Position numbers and translations under genes: made by a program. From Bigelowiella natans CCMP2755 (lineage: Eukaryota > Protista > Cercozoa), in the NCBI GenBank assembly GCA_000320545.1, contig ADNK01003276.1:62001-126000 (forward strand): DNA of 64,000 nucleotides, read 5' to 3'. Numbering within the stretch: position 1 is the first letter of the stretch; each line of letters starts with the position of its first letter. The notes under the pieces were generated by a model. The model made no database searches and was not told the DNA's origin. It saw only the letters and a list, made by a program, of their open reading frames with translations. Positions 1 through 13,792 of the stretch are shown piece after piece.

Positions 1-416
1 CCGACAAACGGGGTTCATAGTGCATGCACACTCCAATAACTTAGTATCTTATAGAATCTGGTGACTATTCACCACAGCAAGCTAGCAAGCTGCTAGTACA
101 CCGCAAATAACAGCAAGGTGCATGCATCTCGTGCATGATGATGTCTACATGTTTCATTTCGTGCGTGTCGTTTAGCGTCCGTCAGTAGAGCGCTCCTAGC
201 CACATCATATATGTCATCACACAGGACATACATGTACGCCAAACTTCCACGTTTTGATTGATTATCGTGTAAATATAGCAGAGGCATTGTGCATCAGCTA
301 AATAAACAGGCAGATGATGCAGGCTATGGCGATAAAGATAGATTGTAAAGCCTTTGTGCGGGTTGTATACGTACATGGCATGGAGCTTGAATATAGAGGA
401 AACACCCCATGGTTGA

Positions 417-828
417 TCATGCACCAGACTCATCATAATCACCACGGTAGAAAGCTCTGAAGAGCCTATCAAAACGACTACAGCATTTATACCATTGATG
501 AAAGTATAGCTGGGCCATCAGCGTTATTCCAAGCACAAAGTTCATCCAAACTAATATATTGCCCCTAAATAGTAGTACAAGTAAGCAGTTGTTTCAATGC
601 AATGAGCAGGTATAGTTTCTCATGGGAAGAAGTGGTTATAGTAGTAGCAGTAGTAGTGAAAATGCATTATGAGACGAAGAGGCATGGAGGTTTTGTTCTT
701 GCTGATGTTAACTCTCATATTCGAATGTATACAGAATTAGGTCTCTCTTTCATTGCCTGAAATAATAAAGTGTATGTTATACTTTTCCTTAGACTTTGTC
801 GTCGTCATCAAACTGTCTTATTTACCTT

Positions 829-862
<34 letters not shown>

Positions 863-1871
863 CTCTATATAGTGAGTCTCCATTTTCTCTACCTTCGCCG
901 TCCTTGGAAATGCCTTGAGAAGTGTATTAAAGGCACCTGGCGTAACGATAATACCGATAACGATGTAGGTGACATTGTATCTTTTTTAAGATGGTAAGAT
1001 AGTAATAACAATTGGCTTTGTGACCAAAAACAAGACCTGCAGCAGCATTCCTATAGTGATGAAATAGCAATTTGGACACTGAAAAGCTACAGCAAACGTC
1101 AATTCATGAAGAAGTGCTGATAGCACAAACACCACCGCTCCTGCTGCTTGTGCAGACAACTTAAAATGTCGCATACATGGATGGAACACCTGTGTAAAGT
1201 AGTGATAGCAAAAATAGTATCAAGTAGAAGAAGATGAAGAAACAGAAGAATGAAGAAGAATAAAGGAGGAATAACTCCTAATAAGAAGTCGAGATCTCTC
1301 ATCATTTATGAAACCATAAGATATGGTGAAATATGTACCGAGTAGTACTTTCCCTGCTGCTCCTATTCTTAATATCCCCTTTTGGTCATCGTATTTTTCT
1401 TCCTTTTCTACTTGCTACTACTACTACTACTACTACTACTGCGACTACTAATTCAAACTACTACATGATGGACAGCAAAATCGTGCACAGGAACGTTCCA
1501 GCGCCTAATGTCGACCGCACATAATGACGTACACTGCCTTATCACCATCATTCTATTGGCCTTATGTCCAAAATACAACAAAGAATAACCACTAGATCTC
1601 GTGAAACACTTATATTTCTGCTGAATAAATACAAAGTATCTCCCAGGCCATTGATCGATGCGTGGTGCTGTATGCGCTCATCACCTCCAGAAGTCTTCAA
1701 CTGTGGTTGCATTCCACCAGTCCTCGTAGAATTGCTTAATGGGATAATGCGTCACCTCTGCCAATATTGCAAAGTTGGCTTTAAATACGCAATAGAATGC
1801 CAAGAACCTGCACGTATCATCATGAAAAACATCGATAAATATCTCTTCAATCACCAGCTTCAAGAATATGT

Positions 1872-1911
<40 letters not shown>

Positions 1912-2391
1912 TTAGGAAGTATGTACATGTTATAAACGTCTTATATACATACATACACACATACATACATACATACATACATACACATCCTACACATCAG
2001 GCTCGTTTCTAACGACTATTAACTGTTATCCTTGACTGGACAAGCACCACGGTGTAATGCTGTTCTCCCAAGCAGCCTATCACTACTACTACTACTAACA
2101 CATATTACCAACACAAATTTGCCGGTACGCAGAGCTGCAAGGAGTTAATGGTGACTAATCTTCCTCGGACCAGCATCTATTCAGCGTATACAGTTACATG
2201 TAGTAATAGTAATTATAATCAATTATAATCAAAGGCCATGCGAGAACACAACCTACCCCTCTGCTGACTCAATGTGTTAGACGAATATTATACACGTTTT
2301 GAAGAGCCTCTCCCTCTCTCTTTCTCTTTCTCTCTCTCTCTCTCTCTCACCAACACACACACGCGCGCGCGCGCGCTCCGCATATAGTACA

Positions 2392-2436
<45 letters not shown>

Positions 2437-2907
2437 ACGATGCGATGTGATAGTAGTAGTAGTAGTAGAAGTAGTAGTAGTATTGCACACCAATATTCTA
2501 CTGCTGCTACTACCACTGCTACTACTAGTAGTAATAGTAGTACCGGCACGATTCGTTGGCATGAAACAACAGATATCCACAACAAACATAATATTCCTTG
2601 CAACCAATTGTTCAGAATATAAGTCCAACGGATAGACGGAAAGATCATGAGCTTTTCCTTGTCTTCTTCTCCTTCTTTTTCGTTTTCTTCACTGTTATTC
2701 CTCATCCCCCCATTAGTGAAGCTCTTATCCTTGATATTTTCATTTTTATGATAAATCTTCTTCTTCAGCTTCCTCGTCTGCTGTTGTTTCTTCTTCTTGA
2801 TGATCATCATCATTGCTGCATGGTTGTAGACCTTTGAGTAGTAGCAGTTACAAGCCTTTCATTACGAGTACGTACTCTATTACTACTATTACTACTTCTA
2901 CCACTAT

Positions 2908-2941
<34 letters not shown>

Positions 2942-5401
2942 GATGTGGCTAGTTGTCGGCTGTGTGTATCAGATCGTCATATCATTTGATGAATATATGG
3001 ATGTTGCAATAACTACAATATTCATTTCTCTCCTTGCGTAGTCTCGCTCTCATTTGTTTTTCCAACTAGTAGTACCAATTTAGTACCAATTCAGGAACAA
3101 AAAGAAATCTTAGGAAGTGCAGCATACTCTCCTCCTCGTAATCGTCCTCGTCGCTCTTATCACCAGCATCATCATCTGTAAACAACAATCCAGTACTTTT
3201 TTAGCAAATCGATTGGCTTCATGATTTGTCTGTCAAAATAGTATCTTCTTATCTTCTCGCTGCCATAAAATGGCAGTAACATAATAATCACGATTCTATA
3301 AGGTATAGCAATAATCACGACTCTATAAGGTATAGCTTGCTCATTAACTAGATTTAGGAAGCAGTAGCGGTGATGGGTACTTAAAGCTATCATCAAAACC
3401 CAATATATATTAAAGATGACGATAACACTTTATGATCTTGGACAAACAATGGCATCATCATCATCATAATCATCATCACCATCATTCCTATTCTATCTGT
3501 ACTTGCAGCAGCACCCCCTCCTCCTCCTCCTCCTCCATATCCACTGTTATCTTGAGAGAGGAAAGGCCTTTCTTTTTTCTTCTCCCTTTGAGGTTTGCCA
3601 ACAACAATCTCTCCATTTATCGTCTGCTGCGTCTCCTTTTTCTTTGATAATTTGAATTAAAAAGATACGGGGGGGGGAAGGAAAGCTGACTAAAACCGAT
3701 AAATCATAGGAAAGAATAGAGCGTATGGTGATGATGTGCTTTGCGTCATTATTTAACAGTGTACGTCGTACATTCATTCTCTCTATTCGTTCCAGTCTCC
3801 CATCCCTTCTTACAATGCAATAATAGCGGCGCAGTATAACAAAAAACAACTATAAAAACATTGCTGGTGCTATTCCATCAACAATACCTTGCTGCTGCTG
3901 GTATGTCGTCGTCTTTGACCCGACAACTCATTAGCCGTCGATGCTGCTCTTTCCTGCATACCAGATGCTTTCTTCTTCTTCTCCTCCTCCTTTCTGGTCA
4001 AGTTTACAGTGCTGTTTAGACTTCTCCTGCGACTACTTATAGATAGCACACGGGCTGCTGCTGCTGCTGCTGCTGAACAATGGGGTAAAGCAACACGAAC
4101 GAAGAACGAGTGCGTTTTTAGAGCAAGACACGTCGATGTAGCCGAAGCAATACCTAAGTGAAGAAGATGATTATAAACATACCGCTACACCACATTCTAC
4201 ATTCATTTCCACCACATTCTACATTCATTTCCACCACAAGTAATGAGCAAACAGCATTTTCAGGAGAAACTAAAGGGTAGATATTATGTAATGTCACACT
4301 ATCATGTATAGCCACAACAACAGACAGACATCTTTCGCAGCTTGAATTCATGACAACTAGCATTAGTGTGTTATAGATCATTTGTATGCGAGCGAGCGCG
4401 CGGTGTGTGCATGTGTGTGGTTTATGTGTGTGTGTTTGTGTGTGTGTCGTCAAATAGTTGTAAGATAAATGAAAAATGTTTGTAACGTGTTGTGCTCAAA
4501 CGCCAACCAGAAATGATGGGATTTGGACTCAGCCAAAGTAAGAAGGCATGTGGAAGACTTATTTGCAGCAAAACGAAAAACCCGTGGACCGCCATTATCT
4601 ACGGAGAACATGCTATCATTATAATGACTACTATGTATGATAATTATCATTATTATTATTATTGTTGTTGTTGTTGTTGTTATTGTTGTGGGCCAAACTG
4701 CGTGCTCGGGCATACGAATATCAATTCTTATGGAAGCAGTAGCAGAATTAGTAGTAGTAGCAAAATGTTTCGGAAGAATAACAATAAAAATAAGTAAATG
4801 GGTTCTTACCTTATTATGTAAGTGACAACAACAACACCCATGATGCAGCAGTGTCCTTGTAGTGAGATGGGATAATAGAGCTAAAGGTATCGCAACAATA
4901 AAGATGACCCCCCACATCATCATTAATTCACTCCAGAAGACTTCTCCTAGTAGAAAACCTAATAAAAAAAGGCATGATAAACGAATTTAGTATGTTAAGT
5001 AGCAAGTAGTGCAAATAGAATCATGGTTAACGATATATTAAAAAATTATCATCATCATCGTCATCACCTAGCATTACCTAGCATCACCTTTCCTTACCCC
5101 CTCACATTAAACCTGTTTCTGCTCATATTTCTGTAACTGTCACCATCGTCCCTTTTCATTTCATATCATGTGTAGCACTACTTCGTTCTTTCTTCTTCTT
5201 CCTTTTCTTGAAGAAGCTTGTCAACTACTACCACTATTTGCTAAGCAATAACTAACTCACCCATGTTAAAACGCAAGCCCTCCGCTCGGATGTCAGCTAC
5301 AAGCTGTGCATGAAAGTCAATTGCAAGAAGAATCATTGCCCCATGATAAACTCCCGGAGATTGTTCGAGGCGTCTGATGACATGTGTATGATTAATAATT
5401 T

Positions 5402-5439
<38 letters not shown>

Positions 5440-5895
5440 AGTAGTAGTGAGCACATCGACAACGATGACAAAGCAGACTTGGGGTAGTCATAATGATAAT
5501 GCAGTCCAATTGCGTTGTACAATATACAGTAATGTGATCTCTCGACGATGATCTAAATATAATCGGCGCAGTATGGGCGAGTAATGTTCGCTGACCGAAG
5601 TTCCTGCAGAAGCCCCCATGAGCGGTTCCTCCTAAAGAATTGCCTGGTGGTGGTGGTGGTGGCGGTTAAAAGTGGGTGCTCATTAGGTGCAAAGTATTGA
5701 CGAGTGATACGCATGAAGAGTTTGGTGATGGAATTTTGCATGTAGATAATGTTCGTTCTCGGTACACATTTGGCTGATTGTCCTGTTATGAGGCGTAAAG
5801 CTATGGTGATTACAAGACCCTTCAGTTGAGGATTCAAGTCGAGGCGAGCTTCGAGGCACGGAGAAGATTGCACGCTTTTGTCGGGAAGGAGCCAT
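417..5895 (-). CDS. MBOAT-family acyltransferase of the DGAT1/sterol O-acyltransferase (SOAT/ARE) group, multi-exon
   Basis: Spliced exons give family motifs in the expected order: FLFVPELV (~3085-3115), IRW, FYEDWWN (~1711-1732), WNVPVH (~1483-1500), catalytic-His SALLHE (~1103-1120), GMLLQ|VPL, and GNILVWMNFVLG...LY (last exon 564-417, TGA at 419-417). Probable start MAPSRQKR at 5895. Internal exons are not all resolved, and DGAT1 versus SOAT is not distinguishable by eye. Confidence 0.88.
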
Positions 5896-6173
5896 TTGTT
5901 GGATCTGATGTTGTGGCTCAGCTCTACACCAGAGTTCTGCGGTTGATGTTCCGGTACCCCCCTCCTCGCATTCGTTCGTTCATTGGTGCACTGGGCTGCT
6001 TTCAAGCTTTATGATTTCCCGAAAAACTCAGAAATACACGCCAATCATCTGATGCGACATGGTTTTATGAAAGACGCACCTAGGTGTTTATGTTTGGTCC
6101 GAACACTCTCGTTCTTGGTTGAACGTGCTCATTGTTGCAAACGCCTGTCTCCCGTGTGGTTCTGGCGCATGTA

Positions 6174-7380
6174 GATTTGATCAACGCTTTGTTCATTGTT
6201 CATTGTTCATTGCGAACGTCTTGCAACACTGGAACATTTTGGAAATGCAGTTTGTCATCATCATCATTGCTGTTGTCATTGCTGCCCCCTTGCAGCCATG
6301 CACGCACCATTTTCACAACATGCTGGAGTGTCCTCCTTGTTTTCAGCTCAAGGCACTAGCTAGCTAGGTTTCGCACTTTGCAAGCGTCGGTCGAGCCAGT
6401 GAAATCCGTGCACGCACCCGAGCATCGTTTTTGGCTCCTCGATGACGACGTGGTGCCATCGTGTGACAGTGCAGAGTGGGTGGCTCGTGCCAGCTGTGGT
6501 GCTGGCGTGGTGTGGTCTAGCACTAGAGTGGTGTCTCGTTCATTTTGACCATCATCAGTTTTCTTTGCACGCAGCTTGTGGCGGACAGGTGTCTTCAAGC
6601 TCGCCGCTGCAGTCACAACGTGCTGGCCGTTGCGATCCACCTCTCTGTGTTCTGCTCGAGCGATGCCACACACTTGCCAGATTGATGGTCCTCTCTCACT
6701 CCTAGACTCGCCACCCACCTCTAGCTAGCTAGACCTGCCGTCTGGTCAGTTGGTTGGTGGCTGCACGCCGTCACGCCATGCATGCTGACACGGAACACTG
6801 GCATGCCAGCATGCGTGCGAGTCAGCATCTTTGCGCTGTGCACCGCACGATGCATGTCACGTCATCACAACTAGTCATGTGCACTAGTGCACGCCACTTG
6901 TGTGTGCCAAAGCAAAGCTAGCAAAGGGTTGCGCAGGCGTAGCTAGCAATGACAGCACGTGCGCATGGCATCGTTTTTCTGAACTTGCATGTTCGTTTTC
7001 TGTGCGAATGCTGCCATGCTGCATGCACGCGTGCATGTCCACAGTTCATGCTTGAATCCAAGAATGAAGGAATGAAATGACACTTTCGACATGAAAATGG
7101 CGGTCCGTAGCGTACGTACCAGGAAAAAATCAACGCGCATGCATCGCATGCATGCTAGCATGGTTCAAAAAACAAGTAGCGCATGCATGCAAAAATTCCA
7201 TGGGCAACATTTTGCGGCAGTGCGCAACTTGACAGTTGAGCGTATGTGCTGCGGTCGTTGCACCATGGCCAGCATTATCAAGCAATGGCTGCTGTGCAAA
7301 TGAAAGCGATGACTCAATTATTTCAAGAATGTGCCGTAAATCGCAAAATCTGTGATAGACATGCAATGTGATGTGCAGAA
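6174..7380. other. TpA-depleted, CTAG/CATG/TGCA-rich intergenic island (probably decayed repeat DNA)
   Basis: Manual count over 6174-7106 finds 14 TA dinucleotides, 13 of them inside CTAG. CpG is still frequent. Confidence 0.85.
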
Positions 7381-7394
7381 CATGTACACATACA

Positions 7395-7398
<4 letters not shown>

Positions 7399-7438
<40 letters not shown>
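7399..7438. repeat. (TA)20 microsatellite at the island edge, representative of many (TA)n, (TG)n, (GA)n, (TAG)n, (CAT)n, (CTT)n and poly-G/C runs, mostly in introns
   Basis: Direct reading of the sequence. Confidence 0.95.
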
Positions 7439-7446
<8 letters not shown>

Positions 7447-7684
7447 GTATCCTATTGCTGTGTCTATTATTTCTACGTAACAAGCATTTGATAGTTGACG
7501 GGAGGTGTTGTTGCATTTTGTCGAGCTGTTAGCTGTCACGGGTTATCATTAATCAGCATGTCATAGCATGCAAAGTCAGAATTGTAGATATATGTCATTA
7601 AAGTTTACATTCTACATCTCTAGACTGTGAAGAAAAGGTAATTTGTGAACAAATCTCTTTTTATTTGACTTGATAGAACATGTA

Positions 7685-8584
7685 CTATTTAAATGAGTCG
7701 ATGACAAAATCTATCGCAGGTAATGATTGATCAAGAAGATTTCCAAAACCTGGAGTCGCTGGACTGCCGACATTTAAAGGTAAGGTCATTCCCGGTGTAG
7801 GAACTGGGGATGCTGCTTTGCAAAGCATTGATGTTGTCGATGGCGAGGAAGTTGGGAGGCGGGGAATGCTGTGCTTATTAGTCCCAACCATGAGTCCCTC
7901 TTCAGGATACATAGTAATATTTGGAAGCTTGAACAACCATTTTCGTTCATCGCTTTTTTGCTCCTCGAGAGGTGGAAACGAAGGGAAAAATCCTCTATTA
8001 ACAGGGCTACAACTCATAAATTGAGATGGTTTGATCAAAAGAACATCTCTAGAATCGGAACCACAGTCAGGAGTTGAGTTACTTGCAGACGATGATGGTT
8101 TGTTACTTTGCTCAAAAGCTTTTAGGAGTTGTCGATGGACCCTCACTAGTGTGCGAACTTGGGCGATTCGAGTCGCTGAATGATGTGATTTGCGCCGAAA
8201 CAAGACTTTGAATTTAGGGCATGTAAGGGATGCTGCTTGCGAACTCAACGTCATGCGAGCCGGTCTCCGCTGAATAAGTTTACGCTTTGCACCTCTGGAA
8301 GATGTAGAATTACTGCTCGATGGTTTTTTTACTCGCCGCCGCCTGCGACATTTTTTAGCTGGTCGTTCCCCTTGTACGGTTGCTTTTGAAGGGAATTGGA
8401 TGGTGCTGTTCAACCGGATGGTTACTCGGCCTCCTTCCTGGCCTGTGACGCATAAAAAAAGCATTTTGTCATTCATATGTTCCTTCTTCGACTCAAAGTT
8501 TAAGTTGTTCTTACGTTCGAAAGTAGCTTTCTTATCCGCCGACGACGGCGAACTTCCTTTGAACGAAGCGTTATGGTTCGGCAT
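7685..8584 (-). CDS. Hypothetical protein, 299 aa, single exon, with basic K/R patches and an S/P-rich C-terminus (possibly a nuclear regulator)
   Basis: Clean 900-bp ATG-to-stop ORF free of microsatellites, with NLS-like KKCRRRRRVKK. No family recognised. Confidence 0.6.
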   Translation of the reverse strand: MPNHNASFKGSSPSSADKKATFERKNNLNFESKKEHMNDKMLFLCVTGQEGGRVTIRLNSTIQFPSKATVQGERPAKKCRRRRRVKKPSSSNSTSSRGAKRKLIQRRPARMTLSSQAASLTCPKFKVLFRRKSHHSATRIAQVRTLVRVHRQLLKAFEQSNKPSSSASNSTPDCGSDSRDVLLIKPSQFMSCSPVNRGFFPSFPPLEEQKSDERKWLFKLPNITMYPEEGLMVGTNKHSIPRLPTSSPSTTSMLCKAASPVPTPGMTLPLNVGSPATPGFGNLLDQSLPAIDFVIDSFK

Positions 8585-9717
8585 GTAAGTCAGTTAGTAG
8601 GATTAACGGCTTGTTTGACTATTGGTTCGACGATTGAGTAGCTACGAATTTTATCTGCGTTGGTTTGCTTATGCTCCCCTCCTATCAACGAGTACGTTGC
8701 AACCGGTAGTCAGTTTGGTAGAATGTTGGCGTAGATGAGGTTCTCTACTACAACTACCTAGTTAGCTAGCCATTCTAGCTACCCACCTACCTGCTAAGTT
8801 GCGCTTGAGGTTGTTGTTGTTATTTAGGTTGTACGAAGAAGAAGAAGCAGCAGCAGCAGCAAGGCAGCACTGATGAGGGACTGCATCTACGACTACGAAT
8901 ACAAATATGACTGCGACTACTCCGATGTCAACAGTACTCATGGGAGATGAAACAAGGACAAATCACCGAAGAAAATACACCTAAGACCGAACACACATAC
9001 AACCTACTTATCCCGAGGATGATCAGCCAAACACCACTTTTCCAGAACAATTTCATGATAAAAAAATCAAAAATGTCCTTCGAACTAAATCTCTGGCAGG
9101 CATGTTTTCCCGTTTCGGAGGAAAAAGCGACTGCCTCTTCGGGAAGAAGGATCTCGATTTCCAGGTGTCAAACACATTCTTCGATTCTCACAGAAAAAAG
9201 GAAGTAGCCGAACATTTTCCTAAAATTCAGCACGTTTGTGGCCTTTTCCGTTCATTTTGACCACGGGCTTTTTGGCACGAGCAGGTGTAGAGATCTATAA
9301 ATACATCGTCTTCAGTGTTCTTTGGTTTGCTGCATCGAAATTAGGTAAAATCTCGAGAAATGTCCTGGTTCAACGAAGACGCCGCAGGAAGATATTCCCT
9401 CGTTGATGGGCTAAATTGAAGGTTTTTATAGGCTGATTGTAAGACTACTTAATTATGAAGTTTGGCGCATAGCATGATATCAGCAGTAGCAACACAAACA
9501 ACAATTATAACAACGATACGAGCACGGGTTGCTGAACGGAACTGGAAGATGAAAGCAATGGAGAAGCGTCCTCTCATGCGCTAGCAACCAAGCATGCGAA
9601 TGACAAAATTGTAGAAGCCACGCACTACAGGAGACATTTTTTGGTTCACAAATTGTAGAGATTTGCAGAAACTAGTGATCGGTCGTATGCGACAAGCTTC
9701 CGGAAGGACGATGCAAG

Positions 9718-10885
9718 TTGGAAATCAAACTTGGGGAGAATGACCAGAACACTTCGAAACTATACGATCCAATGACACCTCTTGGTCATGACGCAAATTT
9801 TCCTCTAGAATCGCTACTCTCCAGGCAGCAGAGTTGTTTGCTGTGCTTGCGTGGTGGTGAAGCAAAGCAAAACGACAGTTTTACTCATCATGCAACATAT
9901 GAAACGCAGACCCGTGGAAGACAAGGGGAACAGTCAACAAGTCTACTGCCTCAAGAGGAAGAAATAATAGAAGCAGAATCAGAAGAAGGAAAAGAATCTG
10001 ATTGTGATAGCAGCATTGATGCATATATTCCTGGAGAGTTGGCTTTGTCGTGTGATGCAGGGTTCATGAGTGCACTAACTGCGGTGATTGTGGGATTGGT
10101 AACCTCCCAGATTGCCAAGAATAGGTATGCTATTATGATATGTATAATATGAGCTGCTAGGAACCGTAGTAGTAATAGAAGTAGAAGTCGTAGAAGAAGA
10201 AGAAGTACTGATGGTGGTCACTTAAAAGCTTATACATATTACCTGGAAATATTACGAGAGACTCGCATATGCTGCGTGGTAAACGAGGTAATTTAAAGCT
10301 CACCACAGGAGAAATAGAAGATAGCAAGCAGACTCGCAACACATTCAGACATATTAGGAAAATGAATTGGGTTGTTTATGATGATGGCATCACAGATGTT
10401 GTGGTGTTCTGGCTGCTATGATATCTTGGTCCATACTATGGTGGGGAATACAACACCCAAAAGTTGTTGAGAGGAAGATCATATCGGTAGAGATCTGATG
10501 CTATGACGATAATGTAGTATAGATTATGCTTCATTCATCTGCTGGTTATAAAAATTACCCAATCGAGAATTAGTGTGCACAAAAGTATTTGAGATGTCTA
10601 GATGTTGCAAATAGAAGTAGATATTGAGAACGACGATATTCTCACAAATATAATCTTATTTCCTCCACTGAATCACAAGGTCCCACCGATATTATCAGCT
10701 CATTTCTCAAAGGTAGTATACAGTCATAAACGGAAGAAGGAAGGCATGCGAATTGATAAGTTATCAATGTGCCTCCTCCTTCCTTTGGTTATCGTCGATC
10801 ATCACAACTTCATTTTGTTATTCATTTCTAGATTCTCCCAGAGTATATGAGCACACCAGAATGGAAGATTGCAATCGATACGGTG

Positions 10886-10925
<40 letters not shown>

Positions 10926-12783
10926 TACAGATTCACATAAAGCTGTTACCATACTACGATGACAAACTTGTCACACATACGCATATAGATAATATCGTAC
11001 GCACATAGATAATATCTCTTTGGAAGAGTCTCAATCCAACTGACTCGTCATTGGTGCCTAAGGAGAATACTGCTAGGTAGTAGTAGTAGTAATAGTAGTA
11101 TGCTTTTGCAGCTGTTGATCTATATATTATATATACCCACACAGTACGCACGTACAGAATATAGAACTAACAATATTTCTATTGCTTTGTGACACTAATT
11201 ACATTAATTTGTACACACTACCACCACCACAACTATTATCATCATCATGATCATCAAGAAAATGATGATGATATCACCAGGTATTGGCTTCCTGTAAACC
11301 TTGCTTTGATTTGGTCCTCATACAAGTGTAAGTATTCACTGGAAATGAGGAGGAGGAAATACTATGATATGCATTACGATGATGCCGATGAGGATAGCAA
11401 TGTCGCCAAGGACTTATCTTCGCAAGGGGGGGGGATCCATAGCAGCAGTGGTTATGATGGTATGGATCTATACAAAGATAGTGAAAGTAGCTATGGCCAC
11501 GACAATATCTCCCTTTATGACCATCGTTCTCCAGAATGCTTGCCTCCAAGAGGTGATGTGAAAGGGGGTGGAGAAGGAGGGAGGAGTATATAGTAGTAGT
11601 AGTAGTAGTAGTAGTAGTGCAATCAGGGCCATAACATGTATGAACTGAATCAAGATGATCTTTATTCTGAAGCACATATATTATTCTGTGTAGACTCGTA
11701 TAGATTCGCTCGCTTTGCCAATTGTGCATACGGTACTTGCTAGACTTTAGCCAACCTAGAACACGTAAGAAGAGGTGGAGGGAGGAATGTCGTGAAAATG
11801 AGACGTGGCAGCAGCAACGTGCTATTCTCCCTACTCCTACTATTTATTACTGCTACTACTACTACTACTACTACATCATCATTGTACTTAAAGTTAATCT
11901 TACTGAATCATAAGAGGCTAGTCACCAAATGAGCATTGTTAGTATATATATGTACATATTTATATATATTGCTTGACATTGTATACTTTGCGACTCACAG
12001 GTGCGTTAGTTCTCGTGGCTCTTGGAGTAGAACCGCCCCCCCCTCTTCGTGAGCTCATCCTAATGTCCACCGAGCAGCGTGATATAAGCATGATAACAAA
12101 GAGAATGTGCATTCCAAGATCTCACGTCATCAACTACAGTCTTAAGAATAATGGGGGGGGCAGTAGGCGTCGTGGCAGCGTCATCAGCCATTTATTAGGG
12201 AAGGGGGGGGCGCACAGGGCAACAGATGGTTTCCATGCGTATCCCTGCCATTCTTCTTCCCCTTTCAATAACAATAATACGGTGCATGGAAGAGGTTGTT
12301 TTAACGACCTGAAGAAGACGATTGGAGGGCGAGAAGGGAGAGGGGGCATGGAAGAACCACCACCAGCAGCAGCAGTACCTGCAGCAAATAGGTCATCGAC
12401 TGCAGCAGCCTTTTCGAGCAAGAAGAACGTAAGAAGAACTTATTATGGCTCACCTCCTTTTGGTGTTGTTCTCTCTTGCTACTGTTGCTTTAATTCCCAT
12501 TGCTGTTCGCAAATCAATATTGACGGTATGAATAGGAGAGAGCATCAATGCCATATTGATGTAGCTACCAAAAGCATTACACATATTTTCACCGAGCGGA
12601 TATTGTTTTTTGTGATAGCCATATATTCATCATCACTGCCTACTATTATCTCACTTTCGTCGCAAAATAACATGTAAACCAGCAACCTTCAACGGTACCA
12701 GCAGCACCGACAGCAGCTGTGTTATCATCGTCTTCATCAATATGGCCAAAGCACTTCGTTGCGCTTGATAATCACACCCAATC

Positions 12784-12815
<32 letters not shown>

Positions 12816-13139
12816 ATAGTTAATAGTTATCATGTGTGATGATGACGACGATGATGATGATGATCAACTGCTGACGATGCGTGTGGTGTAATCAGTAGTT
12901 TCTTACACAATCACAATCATATGATGTATATGTTACGTCTTCTCGGATTGGCTGAAGCATTTTTGAATTCAAAGGGCCTGATTTGGATACAATGTGTCTG
13001 TGTGTGTATCCATTTGTCAGTCGTGGTTGCAGTCAGAGGCACTGCTAGTGTCAGTGATGCTGTCGTTGATCTACATTGTGTTTCAGCTTGGGTATTATCG
13101 TTTTGTATGTTTGCAACTGATAGAATTTTATGATGTATA

Positions 13140-13198
<59 letters not shown>

Positions 13199-13761
13199 GT
13201 GTGCGTGTGTGTGTGCGTGTGTGTGTGTGTGTGCGTGTGTGTGTGTGTGTGCGCGCGCGCGCGCTCTGCAGATGATAACGTAAAAGGAAATTTGAAAGCG
13301 TTACACATGATACACAGTGTAGTAGCGGCAATACTGCTACTATCAGCTATCGTACCATTAAAAAGCGTTACAAATCTTGATTTCAAAAGAATAATATGGG
13401 TCCAAAATATTCGTGGAATCACACACATTCAACGTTGTTGTTATTGTTGTTGTTATTGATGTTTTTATTCAGGATGAGAATCTTGGGTTATACGCCCACA
13501 GTGGCATTTTGGGTTCCGCTTATGCAACGTTAAGAGCCCTTGATGAAACACTAACCAATGCTATCTCTCGTCATTGTTGTCGCAGCGGTGATGAGCAGGA
13601 AGAAGAAGGCAGCATTGTGGACAATCAAATGGAAGGGAAAAGCCACGATGATGATGCTGCTGATGATGACGGTGCTGATGATGCTCCTCCAGTACGCAAA
13701 TACAAACGTATCGTTTTAACAGGACATAGGTACCTTTCTTCTTACGATTGTTATTAATTGT

Positions 13762-13792
<31 letters not shown>

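Noticed and set aside
6356-6718. ORFs in the islands (also 35528-35869, 35711-35992, 50850-51113, 51064-51441)
   Set aside because: Loss of TA removes TAA and most TAG stops, so several frames stay open by chance. No recognisable protein.
6174-7106. CpG methylation/deamination or classical RIP as the cause of the CA/TG-rich islands
   Set aside because: CG remains common (gcgtcggtcgag, cacgcgtgc) and TA is lost rather than gained, the opposite of both signatures.
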